Positions 12,980-25,762 of a DNA stretch of 64,000 nucleotides are shown here, piece after piece. A program made the translations under genes and the position numbers. How positions within the stretch are numbered: the stretch's first letter is position 1; each line of letters begins with the position of its first letter. Source of the stretch: Octopus sinensis (lineage: Eukaryota); contig NC_042998.1 in the NCBI RefSeq assembly GCF_006345805.1, positions 30,690,001 to 30,754,000 on the forward strand, given 5' to 3'. The notes below the pieces were generated by a model. That model saw only the letters and a list, made by a program, of their open reading frames with translations. It searched no databases and was not told the DNA's origin.

Positions 12980-13745
12980 ACTAACCTTGGTATATTTCAA
13001 CAACATCAGAGACTTGGTAGTAATTGTGGACAACAGCATAAGCTGGGCCGCTCATATAAAAAGCAAAGCTGACATAACCCGCAGAATGTGTTCAAAACTT
13101 TCCAGTCGAGAGATATCCACAAAATTATCCTTCTCTTCTCCACTTTTGCCCGACTCCACCTTGAATACTGTTGTTCATTGTGGTCTCCCCACACCAAACA
13201 AAGTATCATGAAAATTGAAGCACTTCAAAGGTCAATTACAAAGAAAGAGAGATGGCATGATAGGCCTTGACTATTGGGGTCGACTAGAAAAGCTCAAACT
13301 TTATTGTCTCCAACATCACTGTGAGCGCTACATCATCTGCATGATGTGGAAAATATTCCATCAGCATTGCCCAAATGATGTTGGCATCACCTTTAAGATG
13401 CACCCAACGCTTGGGCCCCGTGCTATCCGCCCACAACATAAACCACACTCGCATCTCATAACAACAATACAGCACGATTATTTCACCTCAATTGACTCCG
13501 CTCTCTTTGACATTACACCAAAACACATTAAAAGAAGAAAGAGACACGATAAAGTTCAAGAAATCTTTGGACAAATTCTTTCAAGAAATGCCGGGATAAA
13601 CCTCCTACATCCGGATATGTCTCCGTAAACAATAACTAATTGAGTGGGCCACGCTATGCGATTCCTGATTTGAATGACTTTGTCAAGTGGTGCTATTAAG
13701 TTTGACATGGCGTGGGTCAATATTGGCCGAAACCTATCAAAGTAA
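12980..13745 (+). mobile_element. CR1/L2-group LINE 3' fragment (RT C-terminus plus 3' UTR)
   Basis: RDLVVIVDNSISWAAHI, HLEYCCSLWSPH and RLEKLKLYCLQH..ERYIICMMWKI. The 3' end TGGCCGAAACCTATCAAAGT recurs inverted at 62941-62978. Confidence 0.85.
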
Positions 13746-13770
13746 GTGTGTGTGTGTGTATGTGTGTGTG

Positions 13771-13822
<52 letters not shown>

Positions 13823-14042
13823 ACAATACATACATATATATGAACGTAGAGACATATATATATATAATATATATAGTTAATCCAAACATGAAAACAGAAA
13901 GAGAAAACACAACGACGCGAGGACGTGGAACAAGTATAGTGTTATATATATACACACACAAACACACACATATATATAGGCATTCATATATATCTCTACA
14001 CTTATATATATATATTATATATATATAATATATATATATATG

Positions 14043-14303
14043 CTCTTTTACTCTGTAACTTGTTTCAGTCATTTGACTGGGCTATGCTGGAGGACCGCTT
14101 TTTAGTCTAGCAATTCGACCCCAGGACTTATTCTTTGTAAAGGCTAGTACTTATTCTATCGATCTCTTTTGCCGAACCGCTAAGTTACGGGGACGTAAAC
14201 ACGCCACCATCGGTTATCAAGCGATATTGTGGGGGTGGGACAAACACAGACACACAAACGTATACACATACATACATACATACATATATACATACATATA
14301 TAT

Positions 14304-14347
<44 letters not shown>

Positions 14348-14510
14348 ACGGGCTTCTTTCAGTTTCTGTCTACCAAATCTACTCACAAGGCTTTGGTCGG
14401 TCAGCCCGAGGCTATAGTAGAAGACACTTGCCCAAGGTGCCACGCAGTGTGAATGAACCCAGAACTCTGTGGTTGGTAAGCAAGCTACTTACCACACCAC
14501 CACTCCTGCA

Positions 14511-14513
<3 letters not shown>
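14043..14513 (-). mobile_element. SINE B, full length
   Basis: Head, internal microsatellite and tail all present. Confidence 0.85.
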
Positions 14514-14551
<38 letters not shown>

Positions 14552-14875
14552 GCACACTTTAACACATTGCAAACGTGCCTGCTTTATGATATTAGTTTCG
14601 GTGGAAATCCAATTAAGTCCGATAGCTGTCTTCACACTTAAAATGGCGCCTGAGTGTCGAATTTCAGTCACTCGTCGCAAAGAGGAACAATAATGTTTGA
14701 ATACATTATGACACTTACAGGTGAGAATTCCGTGGTACACCTACTCATTCGGAATTATATTTTAGATGTAACAAAGACACCTGCCTTATAGAATAGTGTC
14801 TTCTTTAAGTGGAGTTGACATGTTGTGTCCCAAACGAATAACAGTTGATACTATATACATATATATATATCACTT

Positions 14876-15100
14876 TCTCTCTTTCTCTTTTACTTGTTTC
14901 AGTCATTGGATTGCGGCCATGCTGGAGCACCGCCTTTTTTTAGTCGAGCAAATCAACCCCGGGACTTATTTTTTTGTGAGCCTAGTACTTATCCTATCAG
15001 TCTCTTTTGCCGAACCGCTAAGTAACGGGGGGACGTAAACACACCAGCATCGGTTGTCAAGCGATGTTGGGGAGACAAACACAGACACACACACACATAC

Positions 15101-15135
<35 letters not shown>

Positions 15136-15270
15136 CGACGGGCTTCTTTCAGTTTCCGTCTACCAAATCCACTCACAAGGCTTTGGTCGGCCCGTGGTGT
15201 CACGCAGTGGGACTGAACCCGGAACTGTGTGGTTGGTAAGCAAGCTACTTACCACACAGCCACTCCTGCA
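14876..15270 (-). mobile_element. SINE B with an internal deletion
   Basis: Head and tail present. The CTTGGGCAAG block is deleted. Confidence 0.85.
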
Positions 15271-15275
15271 TATAT

Positions 15276-15338
<63 letters not shown>

Positions 15339-15436
15339 TAGATATATGCATGTATATGAATACAGAAAGGATAAGTTTAACGCAATTAAGTCATTAAAAA
15401 GTACTACACAGCGTATTGATATCGTGTAAGGAATAT

Positions 15437-15873
15437 GGTATTTCGTCTGTCGTTACGTTCTGAGTTCAAATTCCACCGAGGTCGACTTTGCCTTTCATCC
15501 TTTTGGGGTCGATAAATAAAAGACCTATTTCTTTATTGCCCACAAGGGGCTAAACATAAAGTGGACAAACAAGAACAGACATAGGTATTAAGTAGATTAC
15601 ATCGATCCCAGTGCGTAACTGGTACTTACTTTATCGACCCCGAAAGGATGAAAGGCAAAGTCAACCTCGGCGGAATTTGAACTCAAAACGTAAGGCAGAT
15701 GAAATACCGCTAAGCATTTCGCCCGGCGTGCAAACGATTCTGCCGGCTCGCCGCCTTCGCGGGTCGATAAATAAAGTCCCAGTTTTGCACTGGGTTCGAT
15801 GTAATCGATTTCATCCCTTAGTCTGTCCTTGTTTGCCCCCTCTATGTTTAGCCCCTTGTGGGCAATAAAGAAA
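15437..15873. mobile_element. + strand SINE A interrupted by a full-length - strand SINE A (15523-15760)
   Basis: TSD GGGTCGATAAATAAA(A)G at 15506-15522 and 15761-15776. Confidence 0.85.
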
Positions 15874-16146
15874 TATATATTTTTTAGATAAACTTAAGAT
15901 ATTTTAAACCGTACAATGACATTTTAACGAAGCTGCTAAGCTAAAGGCTTATATCGCTTCGTAGCCAAAATGTAATATATGGCCTAAGTGCAAATGTGAC
16001 AGTATTGTAAGAAGCTTGCTTCTCAACCACATGGTTCCGAGTTCAGTTCCACTGCATGGCACTTTTGGCAAGTGTGATCTGCTGTAGCCTCCGGCCGACC
16101 AGATCCTTGTGAGTCATATCGGTAGACGGAAACTGAAAAAAGCCTG

Positions 16147-16179
<33 letters not shown>

Positions 16180-16180
<1 letters not shown>

Positions 16181-16369
16181 TTTATTTAAAAGCAGCAGAG
16201 ATTCAACAAAACCTGTTACTCGGAGTCTCACGTTCCCGTTCGTCGGACAGTTTTGTTAAAAAAAAAAAATTGTTGAATTTCTGCTGCTTTTAAATAAAGC
16301 ATATTACTCTAGCCCTGGTATTTGAGTACTCCTTTTTCCACCTTGTTTCACATTTATGTGTTTACTCCG
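16180..16369 (-). mobile_element. Penelope-type small element with a terminal inverted duplication and a hammerhead-like motif
   Basis: 30-bp inverted repeat 16180-16209 / 16270-16299 (29/30 identical), (TA)n on both flanks, and a hammerhead topology at 16205-16257 on the minus strand. Confidence 0.65.
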
Positions 16370-16597
16370 ATATATATATATATTTAATGTAGGATAACAT
16401 TTTTTCGAAAAAAATTTTATCAATGGCCAGCATATTAAAAAATACCTTTAAAGGTTAAAACTTTAAACAACTTATAAATGAGGGCAAACGAAAAAATTTC
16501 TAATGCCAAATATGCCGAAAATTTGGACATATTGTCCATTACCATATAATTTTTCACAATTCGCACGCTACTCGAAAAAAAGCCGACAGAAATTTCT

Positions 16598-16645
<48 letters not shown>

Positions 16646-16922
16646 GTCGTGGCACTCCGTCGGTTACGACGAAGAGAGTTCCAGTTGATCCTGTCAATGG
16701 AACAACCTGCTTGTGAAATTAACGTGTAAGCGGCTGAACACTCCACAAACACATGTACCCTTAACGTAGTTCTAGGGTAGAATCAGCGTCACACAGATTG
16801 TGACTAGGTTGGCCTCTTTGAAATACATTTACAACAGAAATCGGAAGAAAGAGCGATCGAAAGTTGTGGTGAAAGAGTACATCATAAAGAACGACACTTC
16901 ATCAGTTGTCGGCCGTCTATCT

Positions 16923-17400
<478 letters not shown>

Positions 17401-17543
17401 TAACGTGACAGATAAAAACGTGACAGATACCTTGGTATGTGTTATAGGGATACATGCCTTATCACTCTTGTCAAGTTTTTATCAAATCTGATTGACGAAG
17501 CTTATGAGGAATCGGTCGTTATTTCTTCAGAAAAAGAGGCAAG

Positions 17544-17605
<62 letters not shown>

Positions 17606-18278
17606 AACTGTACTGGGAGAAGAAGAAAAACGAAACGAAACGGAACGAATCGAATCGACGCGAAGGCGCTCAGTCATACAATAGTGTAATAAATAAAATA
17701 TATGCATGCATACATACATATATGTACGTACCTACATCTACATCTATATATACATGCATATATAAATATATATACGTGAGTACAGGACACCACAAATAGA
17801 CGCAGAACTCAACGAGAACGAAAACGTAGAAACAGGCATGGAACGAACCTTTTTTTTACAAAGAAAAAACAGAGTACTAGACAAACTACACAAGGAAAAA
17901 TCCCCTTCATCAGCTGTCCCTAGTTCAACTCCAGCGTATTTCCAAGGTGAGGACAGAACACGACTCGTCGAACTAGCCCTTCCTGCGAAGAAATTAAAGG
18001 AAATTACTTCGCAGAGGGGTAAAAACAAGGAAAGAACAAAATGTGACACAAACAGGACGTAAAAACGATACAAATAAAATTACAAAATAAAATACAAAAT
18101 AAAAATACAATTACAAAAAAATACAATACAAGAAATAAAAACACACAAGAAAACAACCAAAGAGGGCCTTTTTAGCCTAGACGAGGAGGGATTCAAGGAG
18201 CGCAAGAAAACCGTGTGTTTACAGTTAGAAGGCCGCATGCAAAATGAAGTATTTGGCCGGCTGTGAGAGAGATGAGGA

Positions 18279-18317
<39 letters not shown>

Positions 18318-18821
18318 GACAAACGGCTGTGAGAGAGATGAGGAGGAGTGAAGGATAAAGAAATGAAGCTGTGAGAGAAGAACGAAAAGACGGAATAAGT
18401 GAGGCCCGTCCGAGAAACGAACCCCTTCGAGATCTAGTGACGGTTGCAAGTAGTGCCTCCAGCCATTCTCCACGGCAATCACATCGCCGAAACAAGGCTA
18501 AACACACCATTTGTTCGGGGCTGTACAACCCGCTACAACCCCCACCCCCCACCCCACCCCCCACACACACCCTTCTATTTCTTCTTAATTAATTCCAAAC
18601 CTCATTTTTTTTCTTTGTTTCCTTGGTGAAGCAGTTATGTTTGTTTTTGTTCTTCCGTTTCTCAACGGTTACATCTTTTATACTTTTTTTTTCTATCTTT
18701 TCTTCCTGTAAAAAAAATATGCGGTTGCTATAATTGTTACTTTGAAATAAGATTAAATAAAACTAAAAAAAAAAGGGAGAGAGAAATAAAAAAAAAAAGG
18801 ATGTTAATTAGGCGGAATTCT

Positions 18822-19040
18822 TTTACTCTTTTCAGTCATTTGACTGCGGCCATACTGGAGCAGCGCCTTAAGTCGAACAAATCGACCCCAGGACTTATTC
18901 TTTGTAAGCCTAGTATTTATTCTATCAGTTTCTCTTGCCGAACTACTAGGTCACAGGGACGTAAATACATTAACGTCGGTTGTCAAGCGATGGTGGGGGG
19001 ACAAACACAAATACACAAAATATATACATAAATATATATA

Positions 19041-19076
<36 letters not shown>

Positions 19077-19279
19077 CGTGTGTGTGTGTGTGTTCGTGTG
19101 TATTTTTTCAATGTGTACAAATAACAGGGAAAAAATAAATAAATACCAGGGTAGCGAAAATATTCACATGAGTACTAAGGATGTTACAGCCTACTTATAA
19201 AGGTAGAAATTCCAGAGTTTAGAGAAATGTTTTTGTATAGCAGATAGATAAGGACATGGAGTTAAACACAGGTGTTAAT

Positions 19280-19337
<58 letters not shown>

Positions 19338-19497
19338 CGACGGGCCTCTTTCAGTTTCCGTCTACAAAATCCACTCTCATGATTTTGTTCAGCCCGAAGC
19401 TATAGTAGAAGACACCGGCCCAGGTGCCACGCAGTGGGACTGAACCAGGAACCATGTGGTTGGTAAGGAAGCTACTTAGCACATAGCCACTCCTGCA
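18822..19497 (-). mobile_element. SINE B with ~250 bp of foreign sequence inside its microsatellite
   Basis: Tail half at 18822-19020 and head half at 19338-19497, same orientation, separated by (TG)n-unique-(TA)n. Confidence 0.75.
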
Positions 19498-19740
19498 CGA
19501 ATGTGGATTATAAGAAAATTCATTTTCCAACGAAAAGAGTTCAGCAGAAAAAAATACGAGTGAATGTAACAATATGGGATTTAGTTAGTAGAAGCAAAAG
19601 CAAATTCAGGAGGAAATAGTTTCATTGTAACAACAGCTGTTTAATGACCCATCGTGTTTGCTTAGCAAAGAATATCGAGAGAGACAGAGAGAATAGTAGA
19701 GACTAAGGGACGCATATTCTCACGCACATTATGAATACTT

Positions 19741-20445
19741 ATTTCTTTACTAACTGGTACTTATTTAATCGACCCCGAAAGGATGAAAGGCAAAGTCGAC
19801 CTCGGCGGAATTTGAACTCGGAACGTAACCGCAGACGAAATACCTATTTTTTTACTACCCACAAGGGGCTAAACACAGAGAGGACAAACAATGATAGACA
19901 AACGGATTAAGTCGATTACATCGACCACAGTGCGTAACTGGTACTTATTTAATCGACCCCGAAAGGATGAAAGGCAAAGTCGACCTTGGCGGAATTTGAA
20001 CTCAGAACGTAAAGGCAGACGAAATACCTATTTCTTTACTACCCACAAGGGGCTAAACACAGAGAGGACAAACAAGGACAGACAAACGGATTAAGCCGAT
20101 TATATCGACCACAGTGCGTAACTGGTATTTATTTAATCGACCCCGAAATGATGAAAGGCAAAGTCGACCTCGGCGGAATTTGAACTCAGAACGTAAAGGC
20201 AGACGAAATACCTATTTCTTAACTACCCAGAAGGGGCTAAACACAGAGAGGACAAACAAGGACAGACAAACGGATTAAGTCGATTACATCGACCCCAGTG
20301 CGTACCTGGTACTTATTTAATCGACCCCGAAAGGATGAAAGGCAAAGTCGACCTTGGCGGAATTTGAACTGAGAACGTAACGGCAGCCGAAATATTGCTA
20401 CTTGTTTCGCCCGGCGTGCTTACGATTCTGCCAGCTCGCCGCCTT
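19741..20445 (-). repeat. SINE A tetramer, 184-bp period
   Basis: The GAAATA landmark falls at 19837, 20021, 20205 and 20389. A single head lies at 20390-20445. Confidence 0.9.
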
Positions 20446-20779
20446 AATAATATGAATATCATTAATTTTCATATTCGATAATTGCTTTGGAATGTATGTG
20501 TTCAACAGAACTAAATAAGCTTTGGACTTTTTAATCGAATTCATTTAATTTGTATTAGGATGGCAAAATCTTGGTTAAAGTTACCCGTTTTCCTTCATTT
20601 GTAAAATGTTAACAAGCATTTTTTACAAGATTGTCTCCCTTGATATATCTATTAATAAATCATTAAGAGTTGTGTCCCTTTATATTACAACACTCAATGC
20701 TTATAGCGTTGATAAAAAAAATTTGTTTCTGTGATACACGATCCCTTTTGATCGCTTTCTATTTTTTTTTTTTTTTCGA

Positions 20780-20910
20780 TCCCTTTTGATTGGAATTTTA
20801 CATTTGTTTCCTTTTTTGTTCCTTTTTTTCTTTTTCCATCTTCGAAAAGAAAAGCTCTACATTTGTATTTGTCCCCTCTGCATTCAGCCCTGTGTGACCA
20901 ATAAAGAAAG
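20780..20910 (+). mobile_element. Tx1-type 3' UTR fragment
   Basis: Ends GTCCCCTCTGCATTCAGCCCTGTGTGACCAATAAAGAAA, similar to 54333-54380 (minus strand) and 1208-1248. Confidence 0.55.
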
Positions 20911-20924
20911 TTATCTATATAGAA

Positions 20925-21141
20925 ATGCCTCGATATATCGCGGTTCACCTATCGCGTTTTATTATTTAAGCTAACGCCGATTCCTTTGTGGTATTGTTTT
21001 GCATATATAATAAAATAAATGCATATAAGTTATAAAAATGATCAAAAAGATATACAATACAGTACTCTTTCTACTTCTCGGATTTTTCCCTATCGCAATG
21101 GGGTTTGGAACGTAACACACGCGATAGTCGAGGGATTACTG
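20925..21141. mobile_element. pogo/Tigger-like MITE (left TIR lost)
   Basis: Homologous to 55135-55354. The right TIR CGAGGGATTACTG is followed by TA. Confidence 0.75.
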
Positions 21142-21206
21142 TATTCATAAATGCATTCATATATACATACATATACACATACAGATACATACATACACAT
21201 GCTTAA

Positions 21207-21274
<68 letters not shown>

Positions 21275-21323
21275 CGAGCCTTTTATCTGACACCTAAAAT
21301 TTAGGAATACTGTGCGATATCAT

Positions 21324-21630
21324 GTGGAGGCGCAATGGCCCTGTGGTTAGGGCAGCGGACTCGCGGTCGGAAGATCGCGGTTTCGATTCCCAGACCAGGC
21401 GTTGTTTGTGTTTATTGAGCGAAAACACCTAAAAGTTCCACGAGGCTCCGGCAGGGGGTGGTGGCGACCCCTAATGTACTCTTTCAGCACAACTTTCTCT
21501 CACTCTCTCATCCTGTTTCTTGAGTAACGCTGAGAAGGACTGACGTCCCGTCCCGCTGGGGGTAACACATGCGCCGCAGAAACAGGGAAACCGGGCCCAT
21601 GAGCCTGGGTAGGCTTGAAAAGGGCAACGT
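21324..21630 (+). mobile_element. SINE C
   Basis: GGCGCAATGGCCCTGTGGTTAG A box, GGTTTCGATTCCC B box and family body and tail. Confidence 0.85.
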
Positions 21631-21825
21631 TTATCGTTTTTCTTTTTATCGTGCGATATCATACAAAATACTATAGAGATGTGTAGCTAGAACCTGTTCT
21701 CGAAGGTTGTATTTTTAAGTGAATTAAAGGGACAAGGCGTACTCATTTCTTCCTGTATCAGTCAAATAAAATCATGTTCTTTAAATCACTGCATCTACTT
21801 CTCATTTTATAGACATTATGCTATA

Positions 21826-22033
21826 TACTCTTTTACTTGTTTCAGTCATTTGACTGCGGCCATGCTGGAGCACCGCCTATAGTCGAGCAAATCGACCCCG
21901 GGACTTATTCTTTGTAAGCCCAGTACTTATTCTATCGGTTTCTTTTGCCGAACCGCTAAGTGACGGGGACGTAAACACACCAGCATCGGTTGTCAAGCAA
22001 TGCTAGGGTGACAAACACAGACACACAACACGT

Positions 22034-22064
<31 letters not shown>

Positions 22065-22240
22065 CATACATATATACGACGGGCTTCTTTCAGTTTCCGT
22101 CTACCAAATCCACTCACAAGGCATTGGTCGGCCCGGGGCTATAGCAGAAGACACTTGCCCAAGATGCCACGCAGTGGGACTGAACCCGGAACCATGTGGT
22201 TGGTTAGCAAGCTACTTACCACACAGCCACTCCTGCGCCT
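21826..22240 (-). mobile_element. SINE B, full length
   Basis: Near-consensus head and tail. Confidence 0.9.
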
Positions 22241-22266
22241 ATATACATAGTTTTATTTATTTATGC

Positions 22267-22780
22267 ACCCTTTTCAAGCCTAGCCAGACTCATGGGCCCG
22301 GTTTCCCAGTTTCTGTGGCGTATGTGTTCCTCCCAGCTGGACGGGACGCCAGTCCATTGCAGCGTTACTCAAGAAACAGGAAGAAAGAGTGAGAGAAAAT
22401 TGGGGCGAAAGAGTACAACAGGGGTCGCCAGCACCCCCTGCCAGAGCCTCGTGGAGCTTTTGGTGTTTCGCTCAAGAAACACACACAACGCCCAGTCTGG
22501 GAATCGAAACCGCGTTTCCCAGTTTCTGTGGCGTATGTGTTCCCCCCAAGCTGGACGGGACGCTAGTCCATCGCAGCGTTACTCAAGAAACAGGAAGAAA
22601 GAGTGAGAGAAAATTGGGGTGAAAGAGTAGAACAGGGGTCGCCAGCACCCCCTGCCAGAGCCTCGTGGAGCTTTAGGTATTTCGCTCAAGAAACACACAT
22701 AACGCCCGGTCTGGGAATCGAAACCGCGTTCCTCCGACTGCAAGTCGGCTGCCCTAACCACTGGGCCATTGCGCCTCCAC
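22267..22780 (-). mobile_element. SINE C with a 213-bp internal tandem duplication
   Basis: GTTTCCCAGTTTCTGTGGCGTATGTGTTCC occurs at 22301 and 22514, with one head at 22740-22780. Confidence 0.85.
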
Positions 22781-22943
22781 ATATACATAGTACAGTGTGA
22801 TTTTATTTCAAGTGGATTAAGTAGATTACCAAACAGACCCTGATTTAGTAGAAGCGTATTAATTTGAATCTGTTAAATACAGATTAGATGAGTGCTGAAG
22901 AAGGGGCAACAACCGCAAAAATGTGGCATGTACACTCCTTACC

Positions 22944-23243
22944 GTGAGGTTGTGAGCTCGAATCCCGGACCGGGCTGCGTGTTGTGTTCTTGAGCAAGGC
23001 ACTTTATTTCACGTTGCTCCAGTTCACTCAGCTGTAGAAATGAGTTGCGACGTCACTGGTGCCAAGCTGTATCGACCTTTGTCTTTCCCTTGGATAACAC
23101 TGGTGGCGTGGAGAGGGGAGGCTGGTATGCATGGGCGACTGCTGGTCTTCCATAAAACAACCTTGCCCGGACATGTGTCTAGGAGGATAACTTTCTAGGT
23201 GCAATCCCATGGTCATTCATGACCGAAGGGGGTCTTTACCCTT
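22944..23243 (+). mobile_element. SINE family D (CORE-like), 5'-truncated, 13-bp TSD
   Basis: B box GCTCGAATCCC and block GTGTTCTTGAGCAAGGCACTT. TSD TACACTCCTTACC at 22931-22943 and 23244-23256. Confidence 0.75.
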
Positions 23244-23491
23244 TACACTCCTTACCCAGTTTTGTCTTTGATCTCATTGTTTACATCTGACGTCTCGATA
23301 CGAAACGTTGTAGCAAAAATCTGTCCTGGCTTTATATTTCTGTTGAATCTCTGTAGAAATAACCTTGACGAAATAATCATGTTAAAGCGGTTATAGGGGT
23401 TAAGTGCACATTATTAAGGACGGCGCTCCTGTGGGGATGGGGTATGTGATAAGGGACGGGGATAATATTCTCTTTTATTTCTTCTTCTAGT

Positions 23492-23697
23492 CTTTTACTT
23501 GTTTCAGTCATTTGACTGCGGCCATACGGAAGCACCGCCTTTAGTCGAGCAAATCAACCCCAGGACTTACTTTTTGCAAGCCCAGTACTTATTTTATCGG
23601 TTTCTTTTGCCGAACCGCTAAGTTACGGGGACGTAAACACAGCAACATCGGTTGTCAAGCGATGGTGGGGGGGACAAATACACACACACACACATAC

Positions 23698-23769
<72 letters not shown>

Positions 23770-23869
23770 AACTTACATGGAAAAGGATGCGTGGCGTTCG
23801 ATCATATAATGATACAAATAATATATAAATATATGCATATATACATACATATATGCATATATTTATATA

Positions 23870-23900
<31 letters not shown>

Positions 23901-24061
23901 CGACGGGCTTCTTTCAGTTTCCGTCTACCAAATCTACTCACAAGGCTTTGGTTGGCCTGAGGCTATAGTAGAAGACACTTGCCCAAGGTGCCACGCAGTG
24001 GGACTGAATCCGGAACTATGTGGTTGAGAAGCAAGCTTCTTACCACACAGCCACTCCTGCA
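23492..24061 (-). mobile_element. SINE B with an expanded compound microsatellite
   Basis: Tail at 23492-23690, (GATA)n/(TA)n interior, head at 23900-24061. Confidence 0.85.
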
Positions 24062-24614
24062 TAATTTTTCCAGGGTTGTAGATATATATAGCTGTGTTCG
24101 TTGGTCTGTTTTCTTTGTATAACGATAATGTCGTAAGGCGGAAGGGCGATTATGTTAGCGTGCGGTGTATAATGTACGTGCGGGGGTGGGATATCTATAT
24201 ATGTGTAGGAGTACAATGTGTGTGAAGGGGTATATGTCGTGGGTGGTGTTGATTGCATCATCCGACGTGTCTATAGTTTTTTTTTTAAAACGATAGAATG
24301 TTATTTGGAGAAAATTCAACTACTCTTGTTGACAGCGGGAAAAACAAATATGTTGAGGTTTTCACGTTAATTTGAATTAATATGGTTTTAATTCGAGTGA
24401 CAAATGATTCATGATACCGTTGTGTATAGAAATAAGAAAGAAATAGTAACCGTGATTTATGTGATTATCGTTTTGAGTGGTAGATAATGGTCATTCATAT
24501 TCTGTACCGTCGTTAATATTCTTGAATATGTTTGCTTATTACTCTAGAGTTACAGGGGCCGGGAAACGAGCGGATAACTTGCCCGGGTGCAGGTATGAAG
24601 AGGCATAAATTTTT

Positions 24615-24890
24615 TTTTTTACTCTAGGCACAAGGCCCGAAATTTTGGGGGAGGGAGCCAATCGATTACACTGACCCCAGTACGCAGCTGGTACTTAATT
24701 TATTGACCCCGAAAGGATGAAAGGCAAAATCGACCTCGGTGGAAAAATATTCTTTTCTACTCTAGGCACAAGGCCCGAAATTTTGGAGGAGGGGCCAGTC
24801 GATTAGATCGAACTAGGACCCAGTACGCAACTGGTACTTAATTTATCGACCCCCGTAAAAAGATGAAAGGCAAAGTTGGCCTCGGCGGAA
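24615..24890 (-). mobile_element. Two SINE A fragments with the alternative tail (A2)
   Basis: The same core followed by CCCCCAAAATTTCGGGCCTTGTGCCTAGAGTA instead of the Tx1-type tail. Confidence 0.75.
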
Positions 24891-25344
24891 TTAGGAGCGC
24901 AAAACGCGTTAAGGTAGGAGTTACCAAAATAGTTTTGCCTGTGAGTGCTGAGAACCCTTGCTCTGTCACTGAATCATTCGTTGTAATTGAGTTACATGTG
25001 TTTCAGTGCTCCTTTCTGGTGCCCTTATTCCATGGACCTTTTCATTGCCTCTATAACAATTGGGTGCAAAGAAGGAAATGAATTTCAGGCCTGAGTATGC
25101 AACTGAGTAGATCCCCACAACACGCTTTCAACGGTCGGGTGGTAGTGTTAAGTCGAACGAGGGGTTAAGTTTACCATCCAAGAAGACGAAAGACCCACAC
25201 TCTCCATCGATTTCTACAAAGTTTCCGTAAATCGAATCTTACTGACAAGGCTTTGGTTAGTGGGAGACTATGATAGAAGACAGATACCTAATATACCGTG
25301 CACGGAATAAAACCTTGAAATACATGAATGAAAATTTACTTTAT

Positions 25345-25762
25345 AAGGCGGCGATCTGGCAGAAACGTTAGCACGCCGGGCGAAATGCGTAGCCGTGTTT
25401 CGTCTGCCGTTACGTTGTGAGTTCAAATTCCGCCGAGGTCGACTTTGCCTTTCATCCTTTCGGGGTCGATTAAATAAGTACCAGTTACGCACTGGGGTCG
25501 ATGTAATCGACTTAATCCGTTTGTCTGTCCTTGTTTGTCCTCTCTGTGTTTAGCCCCTTTTGGGTAGTAAAGAAATAGGTATTTCGTCTGCCGCTACGTT
25601 CTGAGTTCAAATTCCGCCGAGGTCGACTTTGTCTTTCATCATTTCGGGGTCGATTAAATAAGTAGCAGTTACGCACTGGGGTCGATGTAATCGACTTAAT
25701 CCGTTTGTCTGTCCTTGTTTGTCCACTCTGTGTTTAGCCCATTGTGGGTAGTAAAGAAATAG
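25345..25762 (+). repeat. SINE A dimer
   Basis: Head at 25345. Junction AAAGAAATAGG|TATTTCGTC at ~25580. Confidence 0.9.

Noticed and set aside
14640-14725. AAAATGGCG start-like motif and CAG|GTGAGA donor
   Set aside because: The ORF ends after 16 codons and there is no linked exon or homology.
17895-17960. Minus-strand CTGATGAAGGGG in an unclassified repeat
   Set aside because: No downstream GAAA, and I could not build a type II or type III fold.
19741-20445. Regularly spaced repeats resembling a CRISPR array or satellite
   Set aside because: The units are whole 184-bp SINE bodies with no unique spacers, the context is eukaryotic, and there are no cas genes.
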